DNA from: a virus
Strand: one strand, 5' to 3'
DNA length: 64,000 bases
IMG/VR virus record: IMGVR_UViG_3300030098_003519
Location: 25,494 to 89,493 of that record
This document shows, piece by piece, positions 19,523 to 30,140 of the stretch. The translations under genes were made by a program, and so were the position numbers. The first letter of the stretch is position 1, and each line of letters starts with the position of its first letter. The notes under the pieces are model-generated. The model worked only from the letters and a program-made list of their open reading frames with translations. It ran no database searches and had not been told where the DNA came from.

Positions 19523-22075
19523 ATGACTCGTAAAATATACAAAAGAATTGGATTAAGAAGAGATAAGAACTTTGGAGACTTATCCGATGCTCGTTTATCC
19601 TTAAATAATCTACTAGACGGTCTAGTAGATACAGTAGGTAATACATTCACTTCGGAAGATTTAAATGCAATACGAAATATCAATAATATTGGATTGAGTA
19701 ATAGTCAATATCTAAAAGTCGTTGGAAGTACTACAAAATATACACCTAGTGGTGGTGGAAGTAATTTATCATACGTACCACACATAACATACCAAAATCG
19801 TATTGATCAATTCACTGTATTTTCTGGTCAACCAAGAATATCTGGTGGTAATGGACCTACTGCTAGATATTGGCAAAAAGATCAAATTCTTGTTAATAAA
19901 GAAAACGCATCAGAAGGAAAAAAATTCGAGTATTGGCAAAATACAAATAGTACTGCATCTGAAGTATTAGCAGGTGTGACCACAATGGGTCAACTTCCAA
20001 CAGATACTCAATGGGAAGCAGGAAACTTTGATTATAGTGGAAAATTACATCCACAATCAGTTTTAACGGATGGTGGAGTTACATGGGAAGGTTATTTCAC
20101 AGCAACTAGAACTGGGCCTCATATATTTGATACTACTACAACTGGATATACCACATTTGACTTTAATTTAGATGGGTATGAAGAAGATAATGATAAAGTC
20201 CAAACACCAACATCAATTGCTGCTGTAGGAGCAGGAAATACATATAAAGAATGGGTAAGAGTTGGTATAACTACAACCTTTGACGGAAATAGTGCAAGTG
20301 CAAATTCAAACGATTTAACCATCAAGGCAGATTTCTCAAAAACCATAGGTGCTGGAATGTCTGTTTCTGGATCAGGACTTATATCTGGTACTGGTGGTAA
20401 TGGAGAAACAATATGGCCAACTGTAGAATCTTATAATAATCGAATTGACGGATCCACATCAACAGTTACATTAAAACCCATACCTGGTCAAACATACGCA
20501 GTAGGTGGTACTGCTCTTAGCAATGCTACTCTGACATTCTTTAGAAATCTTGGTCAAAGTGTTACCACAAGATTTACTACACAATATCTAGTAGAATTTC
20601 GTAGATATAGATGGAGAGCAAGATTCTTTTTCCCAAATGATGTTAATACGAATTATTTAAAGAGAATAATTAATTTTGACTATAATTATCCAGGTACATC
20701 TAGTATAGATCTCTACTATTATAGACTTTTTGATTTAGATTACACATTCACGGAAGCAAAGAAAGGTGGATTTAATAGATTCTTCGATGCATCAGTTAGA
20801 TTTGGAGGAACAAACCCAATTGGAATTGGAGGAACACTTGCCGAAGCTGGAAAACCAAATCCTTTTGCAGATAATAATCCATATGTAAAAGTAAAGACTT
20901 CAGATAAAATTCAAGCAAAATATTCACCAAAAACATCACTTGCAGGAATAGAAAAAAGATCACAAGCATTCAGTGGTACAACTGGAGGTACAGTACTTCA
21001 GTTAAGCACAGGACCAGGTTCTTCTTATAGTACTGGAGGAATTGAAATTGGAAACTACGTATTTGGTCCAAATACAGATGATTCCACTAATTTAGTTGCA
21101 GAAGGAACAAGAGTAGTTGACATTTCTGTTAATGAATTAATAATAGTAGATAAACCTTGCCAAATAGATGCTAGTCAAACTTTAAAATTCATAGATCATC
21201 GTGGATTTGTAAAAAGAATCAAAGGATCTGCTACTCAAGCTGGTGGTTTATTAGTAGCATTATCACCTGGATATTCAACAGGTGATAATGACAAGTGGAA
21301 GGAAAGTCTAAAAAAAGGAATGTTAGTATTGACCACAAAACAAGGTGGAGGAGACGTAAATTCATATACACGAATAACATCGGTCAATTCAGATACTCAG
21401 ATGAATATAAGTAGTGGAATGACAGATTCAACCACTACTCCAATATACATCTACCAATCAAGAGGACTTGTTGATAATTCTCTCGTAACCTTCTGCCCTC
21501 AAACTGGAGGTGCTACAACTAGATGCCATCTATTACCTGAAACATTTGATTCTGATGGAGATGGTACTCCTGAAGCATATATCGCTGCTGCTGGACAAAA
21601 CGTAATCCAACTAGTAAGTGTTAGTAATCTTTCTAATGGATTAATAGTTGAAGGTTTTGGTATTCCTGCTGGTACTGAAATTGATAGTGTTAGTGGTAGT
21701 TCTATTCTATTAACTGCAAATTTAACTAAAAGTATTAATGGTGGTGCTACTGTCACCATTCATGAAGCCTCATTAACTGGAGACAGACAATTATGTTGTC
21801 CACCAACCGATACTTCTCCTCCATTTGAAGCATCTCCCAATGGATTAATGACACCTAATTCAAAAAGAAACCTATCTTTCACACAAGGTAATGTGAAATT
21901 TGATGAATTAAGATTTAAATTTACAACTTCTGATGCAGGAACTCCTGCTGTTGGAGGTAGAATCGAAAAATATGGAACTGGTAATACAGATGTAACTAGA
22001 AAAATTCATATAAGGACAGGAGCAGTACAAGATCAACCAAATGGTCTATTCTATCTCTTAGGTACTACATCATAA
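19523..22075 (+). CDS. Virion structural protein with a PA14-like domain (850 aa)
   Basis: GGNGPTARYW...GGVTWEGYFTATRTGPHIF matches the PA14 pattern. The N-terminus carries GLRRDKNFGDLSD...LNNL. Confidence 0.65.
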   Translation: MTRKIYKRIGLRRDKNFGDLSDARLSLNNLLDGLVDTVGNTFTSEDLNAIRNINNIGLSNSQYLKVVGSTTKYTPSGGGSNLSYVPHITYQNRIDQFTVFSGQPRISGGNGPTARYWQKDQILVNKENASEGKKFEYWQNTNSTASEVLAGVTTMGQLPTDTQWEAGNFDYSGKLHPQSVLTDGGVTWEGYFTATRTGPHIFDTTTTGYTTFDFNLDGYEEDNDKVQTPTSIAAVGAGNTYKEWVRVGITTTFDGNSASANSNDLTIKADFSKTIGAGMSVSGSGLISGTGGNGETIWPTVESYNNRIDGSTSTVTLKPIPGQTYAVGGTALSNATLTFFRNLGQSVTTRFTTQYLVEFRRYRWRARFFFPNDVNTNYLKRIINFDYNYPGTSSIDLYYYRLFDLDYTFTEAKKGGFNRFFDASVRFGGTNPIGIGGTLAEAGKPNPFADNNPYVKVKTSDKIQAKYSPKTSLAGIEKRSQAFSGTTGGTVLQLSTGPGSSYSTGGIEIGNYVFGPNTDDSTNLVAEGTRVVDISVNELIIVDKPCQIDASQTLKFIDHRGFVKRIKGSATQAGGLLVALSPGYSTGDNDKWKESLKKGMLVLTTKQGGGDVNSYTRITSVNSDTQMNISSGMTDSTTTPIYIYQSRGLVDNSLVTFCPQTGGATTRCHLLPETFDSDGDGTPEAYIAAAGQNVIQLVSVSNLSNGLIVEGFGIPAGTEIDSVSGSSILLTANLTKSINGGATVTIHEASLTGDRQLCCPPTDTSPPFEASPNGLMTPNSKRNLSFTQGNVKFDELRFKFTTSDAGTPAVGGRIEKYGTGNTDVTRKIHIRTGAVQDQPNGLFYLLGTTS

Positions 22076-22143
22076 AAAAGGTTTTGACATAAAAAAATGT
22101 CGGAGTTTTTTTCCGACATTTTTTGGAATTAAAAGTTGATTTT
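22075..22143. repeat. Dispersed intergenic element copy 1, containing a bidirectional terminator hairpin
   Basis: aaaaaatgtcgga-gtttttt-tccgacatttttt between convergent genes. The flanks match 41519-41588. Confidence 0.75.
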
Positions 22144-22146
22144 CAA

Positions 22147-23571
22147 TCAGGGTAACGTAGAAGTATTCTCTGTGTTTCTAGCCAACAATAAGTAATATGT
22201 CTCTACATTTCCATCAGTATTTTCAATTCTAACTGGTATCTTGTAAGTAAAATCAGTTGGAGCAATTGTACCAGCAGTTACTGATTTGACTCCAGTAAGT
22301 GTGTCTGGAGCATGAGTACCATCAAATCCACTACCAGTAATTACTGGACCATCACTATGATTTCCAAAATATAACTCTCCTATCGATACATGATCTGCTT
22401 CTGTTTCTAATTTATTAGCACCAGTATCTGTCCAAGGATTATTATCTGTTGAGAATGCACGAGTTCCTTCAATAAACATACCAGAACCACTGTCATATGA
22501 AGTCACAATATTAGCAGCATTCATCTTCTGCTTTGGATCACTCATGCTAATAGTACCTTCAGTCTTAATAAAATCCGAAGAAACAGTATTAGTAGTACCT
22601 TTGTACTTCTTACCTATAAAATATTTTGAGGACTCATTATTATTTTGAATTCCATCTAACTGATCACTGAAAGTACCAGAACCAAAACTAAATCCCTCAT
22701 CAAATATATCAGGTTCTATAAAGTTAATAAGATTACCTTGTTCTACTGGTTCAAAACGAATAAAATTAAAAGAATTAGGAGATACAGTAGTTGTTAATCC
22801 AGTGTATCCACTATCACTATTACCAGTTTTAATTTCAACTGGATTAGTTCCTGATTCAGAATAAGACGGAGTAGTAGATATCTTAAATTTTTCTAATCCA
22901 TCAGAGTCACAAATATAATACTCTGTCCCTTGAACAAAATTAACATCTGTAATATCAGTAGATCCATCATTTACTTTAATGTTAACATTTCTATCGAAAG
23001 TGACTTTATCATCATTTGTATAAGTAAAAACATCATTTCCTCTAATCACTAAATTAGATCCAGAAACATTCTGATCTCTTATAGACGTACTAAATCCAGT
23101 TCTTACAGCTGTAAATTCATTTTCATCATCATTTATTGTTGTTAAAGCAAATTCTCCATTAAAAATATCAACACCAACTGAAGTATCTGTTCCTGTTAGA
23201 TTTCCTTGACCATCAGTAAATTTTCCAGTTCCAGTAACATTTTGTATTTTAATCAGATCACCTATTCTAAGAAGATAACTTCTATCAACATGTGCAGTTA
23301 TATTAACTCCATCCACAAGACCTGTAGTTCCATATACTTTCGTAGCAATACATCTTAATGAAGTTATGCCAACATTGATATCATCAGCAAAATCAAAATA
23401 ACCATCAGTTATGGTATGAAAGGATTTTTTAGATGTATTTTTTAAATTATTTTGAAGTTTATCTAAATCCTCTGCTATACCTGCTCCACCAAGGTTAGCC
23501 AAAGCCGTACGGTCACTAGTAGTTTCCGCTAAATTTAAATCTCTTCTATAACCTTGATTTGGTATTCCCAT
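22147..23571 (-). CDS. Putative virion structural protein (474 aa)
   Basis: Long ORF with N-terminal GYRRDLNLAE...ALANL and C-terminal FTYKIPV...YYLLL. Confidence 0.7.
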   Translation of the reverse strand: MGIPNQGYRRDLNLAETTSDRTALANLGGAGIAEDLDKLQNNLKNTSKKSFHTITDGYFDFADDINVGITSLRCIATKVYGTTGLVDGVNITAHVDRSYLLRIGDLIKIQNVTGTGKFTDGQGNLTGTDTSVGVDIFNGEFALTTINDDENEFTAVRTGFSTSIRDQNVSGSNLVIRGNDVFTYTNDDKVTFDRNVNIKVNDGSTDITDVNFVQGTEYYICDSDGLEKFKISTTPSYSESGTNPVEIKTGNSDSGYTGLTTTVSPNSFNFIRFEPVEQGNLINFIEPDIFDEGFSFGSGTFSDQLDGIQNNNESSKYFIGKKYKGTTNTVSSDFIKTEGTISMSDPKQKMNAANIVTSYDSGSGMFIEGTRAFSTDNNPWTDTGANKLETEADHVSIGELYFGNHSDGPVITGSGFDGTHAPDTLTGVKSVTAGTIAPTDFTYKIPVRIENTDGNVETYYLLLARNTENTSTLP

Positions 23572-23577
23572 TTTTCT

Positions 23578-26208
23578 TTAAGTGAATGTGATTGTCCAGC
23601 CCCTCTGTCTGAGAAGAATTATAATCTCAATTGCTGCTTCACCTGGAGTTGCGTTTCCACGTAAATTGAGAGTTACTCTTCTTCCACCACCATAGGTCTG
23701 ATAATTTAAATATAGGTCATCAATAATTGAATTAACTGCTTGTTGTGATAAATCATTATTCGCTAAATCTATATATTTAATTCTACGTAGATCTACAAAT
23801 GATCCAGACGTATAACTACTAAATTTATTATTGAAAAGTATCAAATAATATAAATTACCACATGCAGTAAAATCTGGTATTACTCCACCTATATCATTAT
23901 TGTGTGCTTCAAAACGATAAAGACTTCCAAGTCCAGTAAATGTTCCAAGTGATGTAAAATTATTATTATACAAATAAAGATAAGTTAAACTAGTAAGACT
24001 TGAAAAAGATGGAATACCACCACTTAAATTATTATCAGATAAATTTACATAGTAAATACTAGGACTTCCAGAAAAAGTAGGAATACTACCACCAAAATTA
24101 TTACCCATCATTTGTAAATATCTTAAATTTCCATTTCCAGTAAAGTCAGGTAAATTACCACCAGTTGATCCATAAGAATAATAATAAAAAGAATTAAGAG
24201 CAGCACAGTTAACAAATGCATACTGATGTATTGATGATGCTAATAAATTACCAGATCTAATAGTAATAGATGAAAGATTAGTACATAATTCAAATGTATC
24301 TTCAGCAATTACATTAGTCTCATTTCCATCTGGTTTCCCACCTCTAATACTAGTTTCATATAAATTAAGACTAGTTAAATTAGGATTTGTAAATTTTGGA
24401 AATCTATCATTCTTAAGATTACTGTAATTAAGATTAATTCTACCTAATGCACCACAACCACCAAATTTATATCCAGACATACTAGTCTTTGCATTAGCAT
24501 CAGTATCTGCTCCAGAACCATCTTGAGTAGTAAACAAACTATATGCATTACGACACCAAGTTGCTTCAATAGTAGTTAAGAAATCTTTTCCTATACAATT
24601 TGGAAGACGCAAATCAGTATTGTGCATATTAATATATTCTATAGCACCACTAGCAATACTGAAAGAATTATCATTCAGATAATGATTGTTATAGAGATAT
24701 AGATATCGTAGATTAGGTGCGTCCTTAAAATTATAACTTCCATTAGGAAAATGCTTAGTATTTGATCCATTATCAGTTCTTGAGGGAGCTATGGTTCTGA
24801 AATCATTATTCCCAAGATGATAATAAGTACATGTACTTGGAACATTAGGTGCATAAGCAGCGTCTACATTATCTGGATAATAGTAACCGCCTCCATTCCT
24901 ATACAGATTCATAGCAGTTAGATTAGGAAATCTTCTTACAATAAGATCCTTTGATGTATAGGTACCACCAGTTTCAGTATATGTACCATTACCTCCTGCA
25001 CCAGAACCATTACCATTTCCAGTAGTTTGTCCTCTTATACTTCCATACCAGGTACCACCCATTTGGAAATTAGTTATAGTAGTAGGGAACTTAGCAATTG
25101 TAATTGGATTTAAAAATCTTTCTGATTCTGTCTCGCTCAAGTGAAGTGGATTGCGATGAAGATTTATAGAGGTAAGAATCGGTGTTAAGAAATTAAAATC
25201 AGGAAGATTTTTAATTTGATTATAATATAAATCATAATTTGTTGCACTTGAAAGTTTTATCTCTGGAATATCAGAAATATTTCCCCCCTGAATTTGAACA
25301 GATTGAATATAATCTGGATCATAATAAAATTGTATAAATCTTTCTCTTGAAACAGGAGATCTAAATGCAATATTGGAAGTTGTACCACCTTTATCAGGAA
25401 AATTCACATAACTATTAGAATTTCCAGTTTCTACAACTTTCCAACTTGCTGCTGTACCATTCTTTAAAGTTGTTAATCTAAATTCAGCATTTATGTTTCT
25501 AAAAAATCCCTTTACACTATAAGGAATCCCCTTCATAGCATACAACCAGACATCTGTAGTACCTAGTTTTACTTTAATTTTATGTGTAGGACTTTCCGAA
25601 TTAAATTCTTTTTTCTGTGGAACAATACTAGTTTGTAATCTAGGCCCTAAACAATCATTATAAGTAACACCATCAACAGTCTTTGCACTACCTTGTGTTC
25701 CAAAAATTAATGTTCCACTTGCTGTTGCTATACCAACTTGTGCTCCATATGAAATACTAGCATGTTGTTGAATACTAAGATCATTATTAGTTGATCTTGC
25801 ATCAGAAGAACTCCATGCACTTACTCTTGATGTAGAAATATCTGCAATCTTAAATCTATTACTATCATCAAAATCAATGTAACTATATCGTATTGCCTTT
25901 CCACTTATCGATCCATTTACATCTAAATTACCAAATAAAATAGAGTTTGTTCCTGCTCTTCTTTCAATTAGACTAACATATAGATCAGTTTCTGCTCTAT
26001 ACCTATCAGTAGTCTTTACAAGAGGTATAGTCAAACGAGAAAAACTTCTCCAATCACTTGGTAACATACCTTCATTGGCTGACCCACGAATTACTTCCAA
26101 GTCAAAAGGTGCAAGGTTTAATCTTCTTAAGGCTAATGAAGGGTCTGATACATCTGTAAGTGCTGCTTTTATTTCATACCCAAATAGTTTAGGATTTTGT
26201 AATGCCAT
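23578..26208 (-). CDS. Leucine-rich repeat protein (876 aa), putatively virion-associated
   Basis: Many LxxLxLxxN repeats. The C-terminal ones match the plant-type LRR consensus (NNLSGGIP, NNFGGSIP, NNDIGGVIP). A late promoter lies upstream. Confidence 0.85.
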   Translation of the reverse strand: MALQNPKLFGYEIKAALTDVSDPSLALRRLNLAPFDLEVIRGSANEGMLPSDWRSFSRLTIPLVKTTDRYRAETDLYVSLIERRAGTNSILFGNLDVNGSISGKAIRYSYIDFDDSNRFKIADISTSRVSAWSSSDARSTNNDLSIQQHASISYGAQVGIATASGTLIFGTQGSAKTVDGVTYNDCLGPRLQTSIVPQKKEFNSESPTHKIKVKLGTTDVWLYAMKGIPYSVKGFFRNINAEFRLTTLKNGTAASWKVVETGNSNSYVNFPDKGGTTSNIAFRSPVSRERFIQFYYDPDYIQSVQIQGGNISDIPEIKLSSATNYDLYYNQIKNLPDFNFLTPILTSINLHRNPLHLSETESERFLNPITIAKFPTTITNFQMGGTWYGSIRGQTTGNGNGSGAGGNGTYTETGGTYTSKDLIVRRFPNLTAMNLYRNGGGYYYPDNVDAAYAPNVPSTCTYYHLGNNDFRTIAPSRTDNGSNTKHFPNGSYNFKDAPNLRYLYLYNNHYLNDNSFSIASGAIEYINMHNTDLRLPNCIGKDFLTTIEATWCRNAYSLFTTQDGSGADTDANAKTSMSGYKFGGCGALGRINLNYSNLKNDRFPKFTNPNLTSLNLYETSIRGGKPDGNETNVIAEDTFELCTNLSSITIRSGNLLASSIHQYAFVNCAALNSFYYYSYGSTGGNLPDFTGNGNLRYLQMMGNNFGGSIPTFSGSPSIYYVNLSDNNLSGGIPSFSSLTSLTYLYLYNNNFTSLGTFTGLGSLYRFEAHNNDIGGVIPDFTACGNLYYLILFNNKFSSYTSGSFVDLRRIKYIDLANNDLSQQAVNSIIDDLYLNYQTYGGGRRVTLNLRGNATPGEAAIEIIILLRQRGWTITFT

Positions 26209-26231
26209 ATCAGATTTCTAGGGTATGCGAC

Positions 26232-26238
26232 TATTTAT
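26232..26238 (-). promoter_or_regulatory. Late promoter ATAAATA for the LRR gene
   Basis: GATAAATA overlapping the TGA of the upstream gene. Confidence 0.6.
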
Positions 26239-29200
26239 CATTGCTCAGTATAAGTTACAGTTGCTTGAACTTGTCCTGCACTTCCAGCATCAATTTTTTC
26301 TGCAACAAAGAATGTTGCTTCTAAATTTAGATTATCAGGTGTAATTGAATCCCTATCAGGATTGAATATTTTACTCATATCAATATCTTTAGACTTACCA
26401 GAACCAACATAGAAAGTATCTAGAACTGTACCTGGTCTCAAAGTTTGCTCATCTTGAGTATCATATAGTGCAGATGACAATCTATCTACTTCCTGATAAT
26501 GTGGGGGTGCTTCTCCTAACGTACTAGCATTATTATCTGCATTAGTAACCGAGATATTACCTTTAACATAAAGTCTAGGTGTAATTGTTCTTTCAAAATC
26601 ACCAACAGTTTCCTTTACTGTGATATTGTTTATAGCAGAATTATCTTTCAAATTACCAGTCAAATATAAAGGCCAAGGATTATAATTATAAAGTTTTGAC
26701 CTATTAACCATATTAGGTGTAGTTCTCATAACAGGTCTTATGAAAATACTAAACTCTCCAGAAACACTAGGAATTTCTTGATCTATTTGAATATAATATA
26801 CATTTTTATTCTCAGTAGTATCAAAATAACTTCTCACTACACCTACAAACCTAGAATTTGTAGCAGTTGGTGTTCCACTCACCTCTACAGCAACTTGTCC
26901 ACCATCAAATTCATTAACTATAGCTGGGAATGTAGAACCTGGAGGATTTTTAACAAGATAAAAATCAGAATCACTAATAGTTGGATCTGGATTACCATTA
27001 ACTTGACTTATACCTGGTACTTCAACTGGATCCATAACTTCATATTCTATTTTAGAAGGGTGTCCACTAGAACTGCCTTTAGGTTCAGGTATCCTATCAT
27101 CAATCTGCATTCTAAACGTAGAAGTACCACGATCCCAAATGGCTTCATGAGTTTCCACACCATCTTTATTAAATCCTGCATAGTCATGATTATGTTCACC
27201 ATATAATACATCTTTTTTGGTTAAAATTGTAGTATTTCCAGTACCAACAGTTCCATCAACTTGCGTCCAATTTACTCCACTCCATTCAACCAATACATCA
27301 GGAGCACTAACTACTGGAGTTTTATCAGTAAGACCAATATAAAAATCACTGTGATGATGTCCTCCATCTTTTGGTAATGGATTTAAGAATTGAATTTCAA
27401 TTTTTGATCCAGTAAATTTAAAATCAGATGCAAACTCATGAACATAATTACTTAAACGAATTGGATATCCATCAAGATTCATTGGCCAACCAAAGGTACC
27501 ACCAATACCAGCACCTGGATCTGCAGTAGGTGTGAATGTTACTATACCAGCAATATGGTCATAAACTTCATTATTTGCAATTGTTCTATTTCCTGTTGCT
27601 GCATGATAATTAGGGTAACTATATCCACTTGGCCCAAATCCAAGAACAGTAGCACTAGTATATGCGGAATAACCATCCCTCTTTGGTGCTGTAAGATCTT
27701 GACTATCAACAGCAGTAACATACCAATTATAAAGTCCTCCAGCAGTAATTAATTTTGAACCAATATCAGTCTCATAGAAAAGAGTAACTCCAATACCTGA
27801 AATACTATTATTTCCATCAAATGTAACCTTAATATCTCTTCCTGTAACTGTAGATGCAACTCCTGGAGTATAAGCATGGGCAAATCCAGGCCCAGATTTA
27901 ACATTAACTACCTGAACTTCTGTTAATGAATCAGATGCTATATTAATTTTCTTAGGGATAATTAACTTTCTATTAGGTATTTCTGTTCCATCACTACTTG
28001 TTATTAAAGTCTTTGGTGTTATTCCTATAATTGGTTTTTGAACATTCGTGAATGTAGATTTGATTCCTGAATTTACAGAGTAAACAGTCTGAGTTCCCTC
28101 ATCTCCACCATCAATATAATACGAAGCACCATACTTATAAATGAAAACTGGTTTTTTAATTGCAGCAGTATTGTAAACATCATTAATATATCTAAGACGG
28201 AAATAAGAATCTTCCAAACATGGTTGTCCTAAAGAGTTTTCAATAACAAGAGTATGAACCACTACCCATCTTGCTTCACCAGAATCAACAGGAACATAAG
28301 CATAGAATCTTGCACCAATAGCACCGTACCAACCAAATTCAATCTTCCACATGGTAACTCGATCAGACTGAAACTGGTATCCAGAAATACCATTACCATC
28401 TAATCTATCACCGTTCCATTTATCTCTAGGTATATCCAGATTATAAAGCATTCTATCTTCACCATAAGGATCACCGTCTTTAATTTGAGGTTGAATAGTA
28501 TTATAGAATTCACCATCAATTCCTACATTAGTATTCAATGGATTCAAATTACTTCTCGCAATAGCACTATTGTCTAATGGAATAGTACTTCTACGACGAA
28601 TTGATATTTGACCACCATAAACATGGAACATATAAGCATCAGTTGGATTTGAAATACCCCACTCAATAGTATATCCAGAAACTGGTTCATCAGATGACTT
28701 TACACCAAATGTAAATCCACTTATTCTACCTGGTTGATATCTGAATACCCTTCTCGATTGTAATGTAGAATATCTTCTATTATTTTCATCATATCCAGGT
28801 CTAGTAGTTGAAGTTTTATATAAATTTCCAATATTAGTTCCACTTAAAACTTGAATTGCTTCATCATCAAAAGTATTTCCATTAGGATCTAGAAAAGTAG
28901 GATCATCTTTAATTCTTCTCCATGTATCTGTCCAAGTATCAACCTTTTCAAATGCTTCATCAGTTTCTACTAGATACTCAACATCACTACCAATAACAGT
29001 AACAAGAGTAGGATCTAAGAAATTATCTGCCCAAGATTGAGGCCAACCTTGTCCACCTATATTGTTAGCAAAATAAGTATATAAAGCATTTCCAAATCTA
29101 ATAAAATCTATATACAAATCAAATCTCGTTTGATCAAAAAAACCAAGATCTTCAAAATTTGGGCCCCAAGGATAAGAATATGGAACAGGATACGATTCTA

Positions 29201-30137
29201 AAGTAATCGCAGACTCCATAGTATTCTCATCAACTTTTGCATTATAATGATTTCCATATATTAAATTTGATCTAGTATCCCATTCAGAAAGAGACAATCC
29301 ACCAGTATAAGAATAAGATTCAAATTCACTTTCATCTAAACCATATGAAGATACATTAGAAAATAAACTAAGTTGAGTTTCTGCACGTTCAACACCCAAT
29401 AGTGTACTACTTACTTCACTAGTTTCTTTAAATACTTCAGCAACTTTTATAATATTATTTGCTTTATATTTTGCTTCTTCAGTTCTTCTTATACGAAGTT
29501 TAGATATTTGTATACCTGTATTAATATCATTAGAAACAATTAATCTACCACGATTAATTCTAGTTACAAAGGTGCCATCAGGAATATTGGAACCAGTTAC
29601 CTTATCACCAAGTTTAACACCAACAACGGATTGAATACCAACTCCATCACCATAATAAATTTTATTAGACTCTCCCCTAGAATCTGAAGCATCTACAGTT
29701 TTAACCTCAACATTACCATCAGATAAAGTACTGATACCAGGATGACCTTCAATCGTTATATTATAATTACTGCGTTGTAGAACTGTTGTTTTTGATATAC
29801 CTACAACCGTTCCAGTTCTTTGTAATACTGGTAGACTTGCAGCACTACCAACATAAACATCTAGATCTACTCCATAAGTAGCCGTATGAATTCCTACAAA
29901 TGAATGCTTTTTGTAAGTGTAAACGTCACTAGGTTCACCATCAAAAGTAACTGAAGTAGATCTTTCAGCTGTTGCATCATTCAGAAAGAACTCCTCTTGT
30001 TCAGTAATCAATGGATTACCAGACTCATCAACTAATGGTTGACCAGTCTGATAGTTGTAAAGATTTTGCTCTCTATTTGTAAACGTAGATATTGGGCGTT
30101 TATCATGCCCAAACTTAATATCCTTACCGCCAGCCAT
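26238..30137 (-). CDS. Large virion structural protein (1299 aa), paralogue of 30141..33971
   Basis: SRRVFRYQPGR, NGDRLDG, VTMWKIEFGWYGA and YKYGASYYIDGGD motifs; ends in TYTEQ. Confidence 0.75.
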   Translation of the reverse strand: MAGGKDIKFGHDKRPISTFTNREQNLYNYQTGQPLVDESGNPLITEQEEFFLNDATAERSTSVTFDGEPSDVYTYKKHSFVGIHTATYGVDLDVYVGSAASLPVLQRTGTVVGISKTTVLQRSNYNITIEGHPGISTLSDGNVEVKTVDASDSRGESNKIYYGDGVGIQSVVGVKLGDKVTGSNIPDGTFVTRINRGRLIVSNDINTGIQISKLRIRRTEEAKYKANNIIKVAEVFKETSEVSSTLLGVERAETQLSLFSNVSSYGLDESEFESYSYTGGLSLSEWDTRSNLIYGNHYNAKVDENTMESAITLESYPVPYSYPWGPNFEDLGFFDQTRFDLYIDFIRFGNALYTYFANNIGGQGWPQSWADNFLDPTLVTVIGSDVEYLVETDEAFEKVDTWTDTWRRIKDDPTFLDPNGNTFDDEAIQVLSGTNIGNLYKTSTTRPGYDENNRRYSTLQSRRVFRYQPGRISGFTFGVKSSDEPVSGYTIEWGISNPTDAYMFHVYGGQISIRRRSTIPLDNSAIARSNLNPLNTNVGIDGEFYNTIQPQIKDGDPYGEDRMLYNLDIPRDKWNGDRLDGNGISGYQFQSDRVTMWKIEFGWYGAIGARFYAYVPVDSGEARWVVVHTLVIENSLGQPCLEDSYFRLRYINDVYNTAAIKKPVFIYKYGASYYIDGGDEGTQTVYSVNSGIKSTFTNVQKPIIGITPKTLITSSDGTEIPNRKLIIPKKINIASDSLTEVQVVNVKSGPGFAHAYTPGVASTVTGRDIKVTFDGNNSISGIGVTLFYETDIGSKLITAGGLYNWYVTAVDSQDLTAPKRDGYSAYTSATVLGFGPSGYSYPNYHAATGNRTIANNEVYDHIAGIVTFTPTADPGAGIGGTFGWPMNLDGYPIRLSNYVHEFASDFKFTGSKIEIQFLNPLPKDGGHHHSDFYIGLTDKTPVVSAPDVLVEWSGVNWTQVDGTVGTGNTTILTKKDVLYGEHNHDYAGFNKDGVETHEAIWDRGTSTFRMQIDDRIPEPKGSSSGHPSKIEYEVMDPVEVPGISQVNGNPDPTISDSDFYLVKNPPGSTFPAIVNEFDGGQVAVEVSGTPTATNSRFVGVVRSYFDTTENKNVYYIQIDQEIPSVSGEFSIFIRPVMRTTPNMVNRSKLYNYNPWPLYLTGNLKDNSAINNITVKETVGDFERTITPRLYVKGNISVTNADNNASTLGEAPPHYQEVDRLSSALYDTQDEQTLRPGTVLDTFYVGSGKSKDIDMSKIFNPDRDSITPDNLNLEATFFVAEKIDAGSAGQVQATVTYTEQ

Positions 30138-30140
30138 ATA

